This document shows positions 41,028-50,687 of a stretch of 64,000 bases of DNA, piece after piece. Under the pieces are notes generated by a model. The model did no database searches. It saw only the letters and a program-made list of their open reading frames with translations, and was not told the origin of the DNA. The position numbers were made by a program, and so were the translations under genes. Positions within the stretch are counted from its first letter, which is position 1. The number at the start of each line of letters is the position of its first letter. Source of the DNA: Candidatus Bathyarchaeota archaeon (GTDB lineage Archaea > Thermoproteota > Bathyarchaeia > 40CM-2-53-6 > RBG-13-38-9); NCBI GenBank assembly GCA_963807605.1, contig CAWECG010000004.1, forward strand, positions 544,001-608,000, given 5' to 3'.

Positions 41028-41671
41028 GTAAGACGATACCTGTTATTTTTGGGTTCTAGGTTGGTTCATCTCTTGTCTGCCTCTCGCTCTAGGTGATCTT
41101 TTTCACGGATCTGTTGTGAAGCCTAGCCTCGATAAAACAGGAACGAATCATTGGTTTTAGGAGAACTAGCGGTCCTAGACATAGACCTATCGGAAAAGGG
41201 AATAAAATGTAAACTGATGGTCTAGGCGCGCGGCTGGAAAGAACTTGAGAAAGTAGACGAGAAGTACAGGTTGATAAGGGACGCTCGAATTGAGATGGCT
41301 AAGAGAGACCTTGAGCGAACAGAAGCACTGGAGAAGAGGAAGAAAGCCTAATTCACTTTCCACTCTCCCTTCCATTCTTATTCTGTTAGCCTTGAGTTGT
41401 TTAGGGATATTTCTTGCCTGTTTTGAAGACGAAAGGGATTGAAGAGGTTAGGTTTTGGCGAGCGCGGTCTGTAGTTCTATAGCACTTATAAGCTTAATCT
41501 GTCTCGAACGAATCCGCTAGTCTAGGCAGAGATGCAATATGGTTTGAGTGTGAATCTTCCCTTTTCGGTGACCAGTCTTCGCGAATGGGCTACAAAGACA
41601 TTGAGAACGTAGAGGCTGAGAAAGATGTCCAGCAAAAGACAAGATTGATCTTAGGAACACGGTCTCAAAGA

Positions 41672-42333
41672 ATGGACCAAGCAGAATCAATGTCAACTAA
41701 GCAAGAAACATCATAAATTGGAGGAAAGGAAAATCGAACCCTAGAATCACATTCAGAATACTACTGATCATACCTGCCTTCCTAATCTTACGACCGAATG
41801 CAGACCAAGTGTATCCCCCGGAAATGCGATTCGCACTAATCATTTGGCTGGTATCAGCGTTTTGGTTGTCGTTCTGGATTCCAGAGCGACTAGATGGAAG
41901 TGGAAAAGCGTTACTGAGAGTTTTTGCAATTCTTTTCCTGATCGCTTGGTTTTCCATAAGCATGATTCCGACGTTTTATGATTATTTTGTCCTGCACCTT
42001 TATGGTGGTACTGAATTCAATGTCCCAGAATTTGCAGCTTGGGTGATCCAAACGACCTTCTATTGGTATTGGGGATGGTGGGTCTTCAGTTATTGGATTG
42101 GACTATTGTTTATCGTGGGAATTGTACTTCTAATTCTGAGTTTCCAGCTTCCAAAGGAGAAACTTAATCCTAGAGCCGATAGGGCAACTAGAGACGAGCC
42201 CAAACCCTTAGGCAAAATCAAATCGGAAACAGTTCCATTGACTAAAGAGGAACTTATACGAAGCGCTATGAAAGCCCTTGATCAGGGAGACAAAGAACTT
42301 GCCAAGAAGTTTATGGACCAAGCAGAATCAATG
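41672..42333 (+). repeat. 21-bp direct repeat ATGGACCAAGCAGAATCAATG at 41672-41692 and 42313-42333
   Basis: Exact match read from the sequence. Confidence 0.85.
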
Positions 42334-42351
42334 CGCCACGACAATCACTAG
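41809..42351 (+). CDS. Hypothetical membrane protein
   Basis: Several Trp-rich TM segments and a charged helical tail; frame is open back to 41701. Confidence 0.6.
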   Translation: MYPPEMRFALIIWLVSAFWLSFWIPERLDGSGKALLRVFAILFLIAWFSISMIPTFYDYFVLHLYGGTEFNVPEFAAWVIQTTFYWYWGWWVFSYWIGLLFIVGIVLLILSFQLPKEKLNPRADRATRDEPKPLGKIKSETVPLTKEELIRSAMKALDQGDKELAKKFMDQAESMRHDNH

Positions 42352-42419
42352 TTTTCTTCGCGCTCCTGTGTCTCCTCATCCACACTGCCCTTTTTTTAAA
42401 AATACCGCCATTAAGGTCT

Positions 42420-43743
<1,324 letters not shown>

Positions 43744-43763
43744 ATAAATCGAATCCACAGACG

Positions 43764-43940
43764 CTAGAAGCCTTCGTTAAGGCTATCCAGTCGTTTCAGC
43801 TTGGCAAGCAAGTCGGATCTGTGCCTGCAAGGTTGCTCAATCTCACGATGAGTTGCGAAGAGGCTACAGTAGTCACAATACATAATCTCAATATCCACAC
43901 CCTTCAATCTTGTAATCCTGTGCGACGGATGAGGATTCAT
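43764..43940 (-). CDS. Small putative metal-binding protein (58 aa)
   Basis: GGAGG RBS then MNPHPSH...YCDYC...PCRH. Confidence 0.4.
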   Translation of the reverse strand: MNPHPSHRITRLKGVDIEIMYCDYCSLFATHREIEQPCRHRSDLLAKLKRLDSLNEGF

Positions 43941-44269
43941 CAAGACAACCTCCGACTTAACTATCAACTGAGAAATCATGGAGAATAAAAGACAGAGAGA
44001 ACAGCGAAAAGCCCCAAGCCGGTTGTCGACCAACTCAACATCAAAAAAAGCGATTTCTTAGGTCTAAGCTTGACAAGGGAGAAACCGTCATACACAAGCT
44101 AGACAAGACCATAGCAAAGAAATAGAAGACACACCTAGACCCTGACGAATTGTCCCAACAAACTTGACAGAACCGCTGAGATCTCCACCCTCTTAGACCA
44201 CACTTCGACGGAAAAAAATAACCTTACGAAACCGTATCCTTCATATTCAGAAGTGTGTGATGAGACGTT

Positions 44270-44596
44270 ATGGAAGACAATATATCAGCTCTAAGAGATG
44301 AGACACCGGAACTCTTCGAACTTATTTTGATTGGCTCACATATTGAAGTAGAGAGAATGATAAAGAAACTGCATTCCAAGCACGATATCAAAGGCGCTAT
44401 TGCTCGTGAGTACATCGACGAGATTAAGAATGCTTGGCAAGCTTCCATGAGAGGAGAGCTTCTGGAGGATTACTTTCAGAGGATAAGAACGGAACTCATT
44501 AAAGAGAAGAATGCGTCGACACCCAAGATGCTCCTCATAAGAGATTATCAGAAGTTCATCAACGAATCTAGGAGAAGCGAGCTATCTCTCCACTAA
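44270..44596 (+). CDS. Hypothetical helical protein
   Basis: 108-aa ORF with charged helical composition; no recognised family. Confidence 0.55.
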   Translation: MEDNISALRDETPELFELILIGSHIEVERMIKKLHSKHDIKGAIAREYIDEIKNAWQASMRGELLEDYFQRIRTELIKEKNASTPKMLLIRDYQKFINESRRSELSLH

Positions 44597-44761
44597 CAAC
44601 ACTGGATAACTATGCGCATCTATTGACATGCCTCGGCTAAGGCTCACGAAGAAATCTAGCCCTGATGTGCTAGCGCGCGCCAGAGCAGTGCTGCTGGTTC
44701 TGTGGTAGCATGTTGGATGAAGTCTGTATTCTGACCGTCTGTGACAGGTCCCAGAAGCAGT

Positions 44762-44965
44762 CTAGAATCTTTTGCCTCTTCTGCCTCGTCCGCCTCTTCC
44801 TCCGCCGGCCCAGTTTTGTCCGATCTTCCTGCCGAGCAGGAATCTCTTAGCATGAATTCTTCTAAACCGTATTCTTGGCGATGGAGAAACGTGTGCTGTT
44901 GCTTGTATTTTTGGTGTCTGGCTCCTGACCTTTCCAGCCTTTGTCAATGATCCGTGAGTCGGCAT
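44762..44965 (-). CDS. rps30e: 30S ribosomal protein S30e
   Basis: MPTHGSLTKAGKVRSQTPK. Confidence 0.95.
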   Translation of the reverse strand: MPTHGSLTKAGKVRSQTPKIQATAHVSPSPRIRFRRIHAKRFLLGRKIGQNWAGGGRGGRGRRGKRF

Positions 44966-45018
44966 CCTAATCGACCTTGAAGCTTACATTTCGGTAAGGA
45001 GTGATTTAAGGATGTCCT

Positions 45019-45882
45019 CTATATCGGTACGCGTCTCCCCGAATGGTCGCGCTTCGTTACGCCAAGCTCCTTCATGCGCTTTAGCGTCTCGCCATCAAAG
45101 ACGGGCCCCTCCTTGCAGACTCTGTAAGAATCTATGATGCAACTTCCACACACCCCTATCCCGCACTTGATGATCCGCTCAAGACTGGCTTCGACTGGGA
45201 CTGAGTATTCAGAACCAAGATCAACGATCTTCTTGATCATCGCTTCCGGACCGCATGTATAGATGATATCATAATCATTCTTCTTTAGTTCAGCCTCAGC
45301 GACTTCAGAGGCGAGGCCCTTCACCCCGTATGCCCCATCCTCCGTCACAGGAATCACTTCGCCTCCGACCATCTGAGCGTTCAGTCGCATCCTATCCAAG
45401 AAGAGAAGCTCACCCGTGATCGGCGCTCCAATAATTGCAGTGAAGGTTTGGATATTCTTGGCAAGTAGATCTGAGAGGGGCCCAAGCGGCGCCCCTCCAG
45501 CACCACCCGCAATAATTAGGGGTTTCTTACTGCTCATTAGGGTGAAGCCTGTGCCGTAGGGGCCTCGTACCCCTATTGGTTGTCCTGTCTTCTTAGAGTG
45601 GAGGTTGTTGGTTGAGGGGCCGGCCATCTTAACAGTGATTGCGGCGAAGCCATCTTGCGTCATGGATGAGATGCTCATTGGTATCTCGTCTAGACCTGGT
45701 ATCCAGACCATTAGGAACTGTCCAGGTGTGGCTCTGGAGGAGGGTTCGTCTCTGAAGTAGACTGACTTTATCGTTGCTGTCTCGAATGTGGTTTTCTCGA
45801 TCCTCACGATTCTCGGTGTATGAATGGGCTTGGTCTGTGGTCTGGACTCTGAATGCAATTTGGCCACAGAAGACAACTGCAT
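45019..45882 (-). CDS. pyrK: Dihydroorotate dehydrogenase electron transfer subunit
   Basis: PGQFLMVWIPG, RGPYG, CGPE, CGIGVCGSC...VCKEGPVF; start approximate. Confidence 0.88.
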   Translation of the reverse strand: MQLSSVAKLHSESRPQTKPIHTPRIVRIEKTTFETATIKSVYFRDEPSSRATPGQFLMVWIPGLDEIPMSISSMTQDGFAAITVKMAGPSTNNLHSKKTGQPIGVRGPYGTGFTLMSSKKPLIIAGGAGGAPLGPLSDLLAKNIQTFTAIIGAPITGELLFLDRMRLNAQMVGGEVIPVTEDGAYGVKGLASEVAEAELKKNDYDIIYTCGPEAMIKKIVDLGSEYSVPVEASLERIIKCGIGVCGSCIIDSYRVCKEGPVFDGETLKRMKELGVTKRDHSGRRVPI

Positions 45883-45910
45883 TTGCGTGGAGTCTAAAAG
45901 TCTTTCTTGA

Positions 45911-47350
45911 TCAGTCCTGGAAGAAGTGTCTGGTCTGGCCCATCGTCTGGACATCTAGAGGCTTGATATTAACAACGACAGGGAAGTCTCTGACTATATC
46001 GCCGACGATGAGGCAGTTGTGGGCGGGAAGATCTTTAACGATCGATTTTAGACTCTCAGCATCTATCTTCGCCACTTTTGAAACCGCATCCAAGTCATGT
46101 TCATTCGTGAAGTTGAACATGAAGATGTTGTCAGCCTGTCTGTAGACGCTCTCTTGGACAGTATCGGGCGAGTTGGTCACGAAGGTTGTGAATATGCCGA
46201 GATGTCTCATCCTTGTCACTATATCGTCCCAGTAGGTCTCTCGCAGGTAGAAGTGCGCCTCCTCTGCGAAGAGGAAGACTGCTTTCAACCTCATCTCTGA
46301 GAGTTCTTCCGTCACTTTGCTTATGAATAGTTCAACTATCAGTCTTCGGCTGATTGGATGTTCATCTTTCATGTTGATGACGTAGGCGTGGCCTTCATTC
46401 ATTTTCTTCTCAAAGGTGCTGAAGTCGAATGCTTGGGACTGATCGTTGGTGAAGAGTTCTAGATCCAGCAGGGTGTTGAATCTTGAGTAGATGGCTTCTC
46501 TGACGCTTTCGTGGCATGGGAATCTCCTGATGGAATCGTTGAGCGAATCGAGGTTTAGATTTCCATTTCTCTCAAGCTCATTCCACATTCTAGAGAAGAC
46601 CTTTGACGAGGTCCTGGGAAGGTCTAGGGCGTAGATCATGGTGTTAAGAAATGTCTTCAGACCAACCCCTGCTAAGCTGAACCTGAGGTTCTGGCCTGAT
46701 TTCAGAACGGAGATCTTATCTGCCACAGCATTAGGCTCGTCATTCTTTCCGCGGCCTATGTTTACATATTCACCGTTGATGTCGATTATCAGACATGGGG
46801 CTCCGTTCTGGACTAAACTTAATATGAGCAACTTAGAGAGATGTGACTTTCCTACTCCCTTCTTTCCGGTTATGATGTTCAGCCTCCCGTCGAGCATCTT
46901 CACATCTACTGTAAGGGAGTCTGACCTTGTTCTTCCAAGGGTGACGGGTCTTTTCCCATCCGTCGTCGAGGCCAACTTCTCGATCGGGTAAGGGACTATT
47001 CTCGAGGTTGTTCTTGATGGGAGCCATGATGCTTCTGTCTTGGCTTTTCCGCCTTCAATCGCGCCCCTGATCTTGCAAACGAGTAGTTTAGTGTCTTTCA
47101 AGACAGCGATCTGAGATGAGATGTTGAATGGATCATAATCACATCCTTGAACCGAATCCTCAGTCATAGCGTCCCTAAGTATATCTTCAAGGATGCCGGG
47201 CAGATTTGCGAATTGAATATCTATTACCTGGACCATGAGTCCCTTCTTCAGCTTCTTATCATCGATAAGCAGGTAGTCACCCTTCTCGATCATCTCTTCC
47301 GGTGAACATATGATCTGTACAGTATCGCCCTGTTTCTTGTAGATCTTCAG
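45911..47350 (-). CDS. HerA/FtsK-family ATPase
   Basis: Walker A GKKGVGKS, DINGEY, Walker B LFAEEAH, MRHLG; frame open to CTG 47350 with GGAGG upstream. Confidence 0.88.
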   Translation of the reverse strand: MKIYKKQGDTVQIICSPEEMIEKGDYLLIDDKKLKKGLMVQVIDIQFANLPGILEDILRDAMTEDSVQGCDYDPFNISSQIAVLKDTKLLVCKIRGAIEGGKAKTEASWLPSRTTSRIVPYPIEKLASTTDGKRPVTLGRTRSDSLTVDVKMLDGRLNIITGKKGVGKSHLSKLLILSLVQNGAPCLIIDINGEYVNIGRGKNDEPNAVADKISVLKSGQNLRFSLAGVGLKTFLNTMIYALDLPRTSSKVFSRMWNELERNGNLNLDSLNDSIRRFPCHESVREAIYSRFNTLLDLELFTNDQSQAFDFSTFEKKMNEGHAYVINMKDEHPISRRLIVELFISKVTEELSEMRLKAVFLFAEEAHFYLRETYWDDIVTRMRHLGIFTTFVTNSPDTVQESVYRQADNIFMFNFTNEHDLDAVSKVAKIDAESLKSIVKDLPAHNCLIVGDIVRDFPVVVNIKPLDVQTMGQTRHFFQD

Positions 47351-48466
47351 TCAAGCCGCCTCCATCGATGTGCCGTAGGGACCGAAGAGGGATCTTCTGA
47401 GGCTAAACCTAGGCGCGAGTCGGAGCCCGTACTCTATCGACAGATGCCTCTGAATAGCCAAGATCTCATTCGCTGTGAAGGTTGAGAGAATATGTGCCAG
47501 CCTGAGTGTCTCCGGATAGCCTTGTTCGAGAACGTCTGTGTTAATCAGGCGCCCCATGGCTGTAAGCCCCAGTTCTTCAGGCACTTGGCGATCAATATCG
47601 ACTCTGAACGGAAGGCCCTGTGCGGCTAGTTTCGCTACGTAGACTCTTCCCATCAACCTGACAGGGGTCGAAGGAAATTGCGGAGCTATCAGTTTATCAA
47701 TATTCAATATGCACGGAGGTTTTGCCCTATCCAAGAGTCTAGTTATCCTCTTGCCGGAGAAGCAAAGTCTTGTCTCCTTTGAGAAGGCAACTGCCACGTT
47801 GCCATTCTCTCTTGAGCTGTTAAGAAGATCCTCGACACAAGCCGCTGGGTTGTCTGGCGTACCGGCGGTTAGAGAGCCATCCAAAAGGACTATTCCCTGT
47901 GAAAGGCTTGAGCAGGCGAATCTCTGCATCCATCTCTCCAGTGTATTTCTAAGCCTCGCGAGCAAGCGTTCAGTCACGGGCGACCATGCCGAGTATGAGA
48001 GACCTTGATGCGTGTGTGATCGCTTGTTGAGAAACCTAGCGATTGAGTCGTTGAGGTGGAAGGTGAGCGGTCCACATCTGGTAAAGTTGTAGCCTGATCC
48101 TTCCCTCCATACGAGAGCTCCTCTAATGGAATATATGAACCCCTCCTCAGATTCTCCAACCCTTACGCTTGAGACGTCGACTGCAGCAACAGGACAGCTC
48201 CCTTTGACGACTGGCAGCGGCCTTGGTTCATCGCTTATCGGCGTGTTTGTCAGGTCTACGTGAGGATCCTCCTCGACTTCCTCTTCTAAGCTAACCTCGA
48301 CTGTTGAGACTTCTCTAGGTTCAAAGAATCCGCCGTTGATCGTACGCATCGATTTGCTGCTCAGATCGAGGAGGAATTCTGGAAGCAGTGTCGTTTTTGA
48401 TTCTTCAAAGAGTAATCTACTTATCTTTGAATCTTCAAATTCTATGCCTTGGGTGCGGTGTGTCAG
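47351..48466 (-). CDS. NurA-family nuclease
   Basis: AAVDVS, VLLDGSL, AFSKET, GYPETLRLAH; frame open to CTG 48466 (first ATG 48349). Confidence 0.85.
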   Translation of the reverse strand: MTHRTQGIEFEDSKISRLLFEESKTTLLPEFLLDLSSKSMRTINGGFFEPREVSTVEVSLEEEVEEDPHVDLTNTPISDEPRPLPVVKGSCPVAAVDVSSVRVGESEEGFIYSIRGALVWREGSGYNFTRCGPLTFHLNDSIARFLNKRSHTHQGLSYSAWSPVTERLLARLRNTLERWMQRFACSSLSQGIVLLDGSLTAGTPDNPAACVEDLLNSSRENGNVAVAFSKETRLCFSGKRITRLLDRAKPPCILNIDKLIAPQFPSTPVRLMGRVYVAKLAAQGLPFRVDIDRQVPEELGLTAMGRLINTDVLEQGYPETLRLAHILSTFTANEILAIQRHLSIEYGLRLAPRFSLRRSLFGPYGTSMEAA

Positions 48467-48536
48467 TTATTTCCCCCCTGTGGGAGTTTGCCCTCCAAAC
48501 TCCTGTGGCCGCCGCACCTACTCGCGCTCGTGGCAG

Positions 48537-49079
48537 TTAACTGCCAGGCTTGCGGCCTCCTTCGAGGTTTCTATCTCCGGCATCCCCCAGGGTCTTTAGA
48601 GTCTCTTGGACCTCTCTGGTTCCGGCTGCTGTGAGCCTGTAGCTGCCTTTTTCTACACGTTCTACTATCCCGGCTTTGCTCATCTCGGTCAGCGTATTCT
48701 GGATGGTTTTCTGAGCTTTCCCTATTGCCTTGGTTATCTCCTCCAACTGTACGTCATCTGATACCTTCTTTCCCAGTTTGAGGGCTACTTGGGCCGCAAG
48801 CAGGATCGTTGCTACAGCCTGGTCTGTGGAGAGGTCTGATCTCAACAGTATCGGCTGGCCGTCGCGTGTCAAGTTGACGAAAGCTGATATCTCCTCAAGG
48901 AGCGCGAGGTAGTCTGGACTGTAGATCAATTTTGAGGCAATGTCGTAGGCAGGATAGATCTCTGCTATGTATTGGCTTATTGCCCTGAGGACCTTTTCAG
49001 GTTCGCCTTCTATGGTATGTTTGAATCCTCCATGCTCTATTTGGACTTTCAATTTTGATTCTTGACTCATCTTTCTCAT
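48537..49079 (-). CDS. Winged-helix protein, paralog 4
   Basis: N-terminal KVQIEHGGFKHTIEG, LTRDG, C-terminal TLTEMSKAGIVERVEKGSYRLTAAG. Confidence 0.8.
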   Translation of the reverse strand: MRKMSQESKLKVQIEHGGFKHTIEGEPEKVLRAISQYIAEIYPAYDIASKLIYSPDYLALLEEISAFVNLTRDGQPILLRSDLSTDQAVATILLAAQVALKLGKKVSDDVQLEEITKAIGKAQKTIQNTLTEMSKAGIVERVEKGSYRLTAAGTREVQETLKTLGDAGDRNLEGGRKPGS

Positions 49080-49080
49080 C

Positions 49081-49578
49081 TCACGGAGTGAGTTTGGGTA
49101 GGATGTTTTGCATGAAGTTGTCAAGCCCATAGGTCGTTATCCGGTACTCGCCTTTGCCTATTCTCTCGACCAGTCCTTCTGTACACATCTCGCTTATTCT
49201 GCCGGCTACGGTTCCAGCTGTTTTCTTGGTGTAGGTTATCAGGTTACCAATCAGAGCCTTTTCGGAATCTAGATTCTTGGTGATGTAGCCGATGTGGACC
49301 TTGGCTAGGTGGAGGAGGATTAGTTCGCGGTCGGTTAGGTGTTCAGTTGGTACTATTACGACGACTCCTTCTGGTGTGAGTTTCATTATCTCGGAGCATG
49401 ATGAGAGGAGCTTCTCCTCATCCACTGTCAGCGTGAGTTTCGATATGAGCTCTAGTTTGGGAATGTTTTCTGACATGAAGCTGATCAATTCGCGGATCAC
49501 TTCGCTAGCGTCTCCTTTGATCTTCTTCTCTAGATTGTTGTATTTGATCCAGACCTCGACCGTTCTATCTTCGCTCAA
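49081..49578 (-). CDS. Winged-helix protein, paralog 3
   Basis: LTPEG, LTDRE, RISEMCTEGLVERIGKGEYRITTYG. Confidence 0.8.
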   Translation of the reverse strand: MSEDRTVEVWIKYNNLEKKIKGDASEVIRELISFMSENIPKLELISKLTLTVDEEKLLSSCSEIMKLTPEGVVVIVPTEHLTDRELILLHLAKVHIGYITKNLDSEKALIGNLITYTKKTAGTVAGRISEMCTEGLVERIGKGEYRITTYGLDNFMQNILPKLTP

Positions 49579-50044
49579 CTGGGGTCCCTCCTGGCTTCAT
49601 CGACTTGACTGTGTTTTCTACCCACTGTTTTCCTGCGACTGTGAGTTTGTAGACGTCGCCTTCCCTGTAGGCTAGGCCTTCGCGTTTGAGTTCACTGAGT
49701 CTGCTTGCAAATCCGACTGAGAGGAATCCGCTGAGGCTCAGTAGGCGGCTGAGTTCTCTCGGTCTGACACCCTGTGGATCCATCGCGTATAGAAGAATGG
49801 CAACTGCCTCGCGGTCCGTCAGCTTTTCTCTTGTGACTGTCAGCACGGGTCCTTCAGTTGTCAGTTGGACTATCCTTGAGAGGATGTCTTTCTCACCTAC
49901 GGCTGTTGACTGGGTCGAGATCATGCTATCGATGACCTCGAGCCATTCGGGAAACTCTTTGATGCGGTCTATGATCTCGTCGAAGTTTTCTCCTTCGAGT
50001 TCTATGTTACCGTAGCTTCTGTGGAGTACGAGCTTGACCTTCAA
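49565..50044 (-). CDS. Winged-helix protein, paralog 2
   Basis: GNIELEG, LTTEG, LTDRE, RLSELKREGLAYREGDVYKLTVAG. Confidence 0.8.
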   Translation of the reverse strand: MKVKLVLHRSYGNIELEGENFDEIIDRIKEFPEWLEVIDSMISTQSTAVGEKDILSRIVQLTTEGPVLTVTREKLTDREAVAILLYAMDPQGVRPRELSRLLSLSGFLSVGFASRLSELKREGLAYREGDVYKLTVAGKQWVENTVKSMKPGGTPVERR

Positions 50045-50077
50045 AGCTTTTCTGAGACTGTTGTACTATGGAAAACG

Positions 50078-50127
50078 TATATAAGGTTTGCCGTAAAGTA
50101 TGAAGTATACGTAACGTTTACAGGCAA
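50078..50127 (-). promoter_or_regulatory. BRE/TATA-like box with adjacent imperfect inverted repeat
   Basis: AAACCTTATATA on the minus strand ~35 nt before the start at 50044; TTGCCGTAAA...TTTACAGGCAA inverted repeat at 50088-50127. Confidence 0.5.
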
Positions 50128-50160
50128 CTCTGACATGGGGTTACATCCATTGTCCAAGAC

Positions 50161-50670
50161 TTATCGGAGCCTTCTCAGAACCTCATTCTCAACCCACTGC
50201 AACCCAGCGCCTGAGAGAGAATACTTACCGTTTTCAGCAACTAGCCGACCTTCCCTCCTAAGTTCACTCGCTCTGGCCCTCACTGCTTCAGGCTTCATCG
50301 TCTTCCAGCTTGAGCTGAGGATATTGCTCAGTTCATCACACTCAACGGCTGTTGGCTTAGCCGCATAGAGAATAAGTGCCAAGGCCTCCTTTGCCTTAAG
50401 AGAGTCCACTGGGATCGTCAGTCGGGGTCTGCCTTCCGGCGTGAGTTCAACAATACCTTCCAGAGAAGGCGTAACCGTGGTGCGGGTCGCCCCAAACTCG
50501 GAGAATGTCTTTTGAACAGGTTGTTGCTCAACACTTGTCTGGGGGAGGCTTTCCAGAAGCTTCTCGAAGTATTCTTTTACGTATGCAAAATCACCTTCGA
50601 GTTCAACTTCATAGTCCCCGCGTCTTATTCTGAATCTCAGGGTCTTTTCCTCGCTCAACCTTTCTCCCAT
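50161..50670 (-). CDS. Winged-helix protein, paralog 1
   Basis: RFRIRRGDYEVELEG, LTPEG, RASELRREGRLVAENGKYSLSGAG. Confidence 0.8.
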   Translation of the reverse strand: MGERLSEEKTLRFRIRRGDYEVELEGDFAYVKEYFEKLLESLPQTSVEQQPVQKTFSEFGATRTTVTPSLEGIVELTPEGRPRLTIPVDSLKAKEALALILYAAKPTAVECDELSNILSSSWKTMKPEAVRARASELRREGRLVAENGKYSLSGAGLQWVENEVLRRLR

Positions 50671-50687
50671 CCAATGTCGTCCTCAAG

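Noticed and set aside
41030-41670. Possible gene or ncRNA in a long intergenic stretch
   Set aside because: Only short fragmentary frames and no convincing structure
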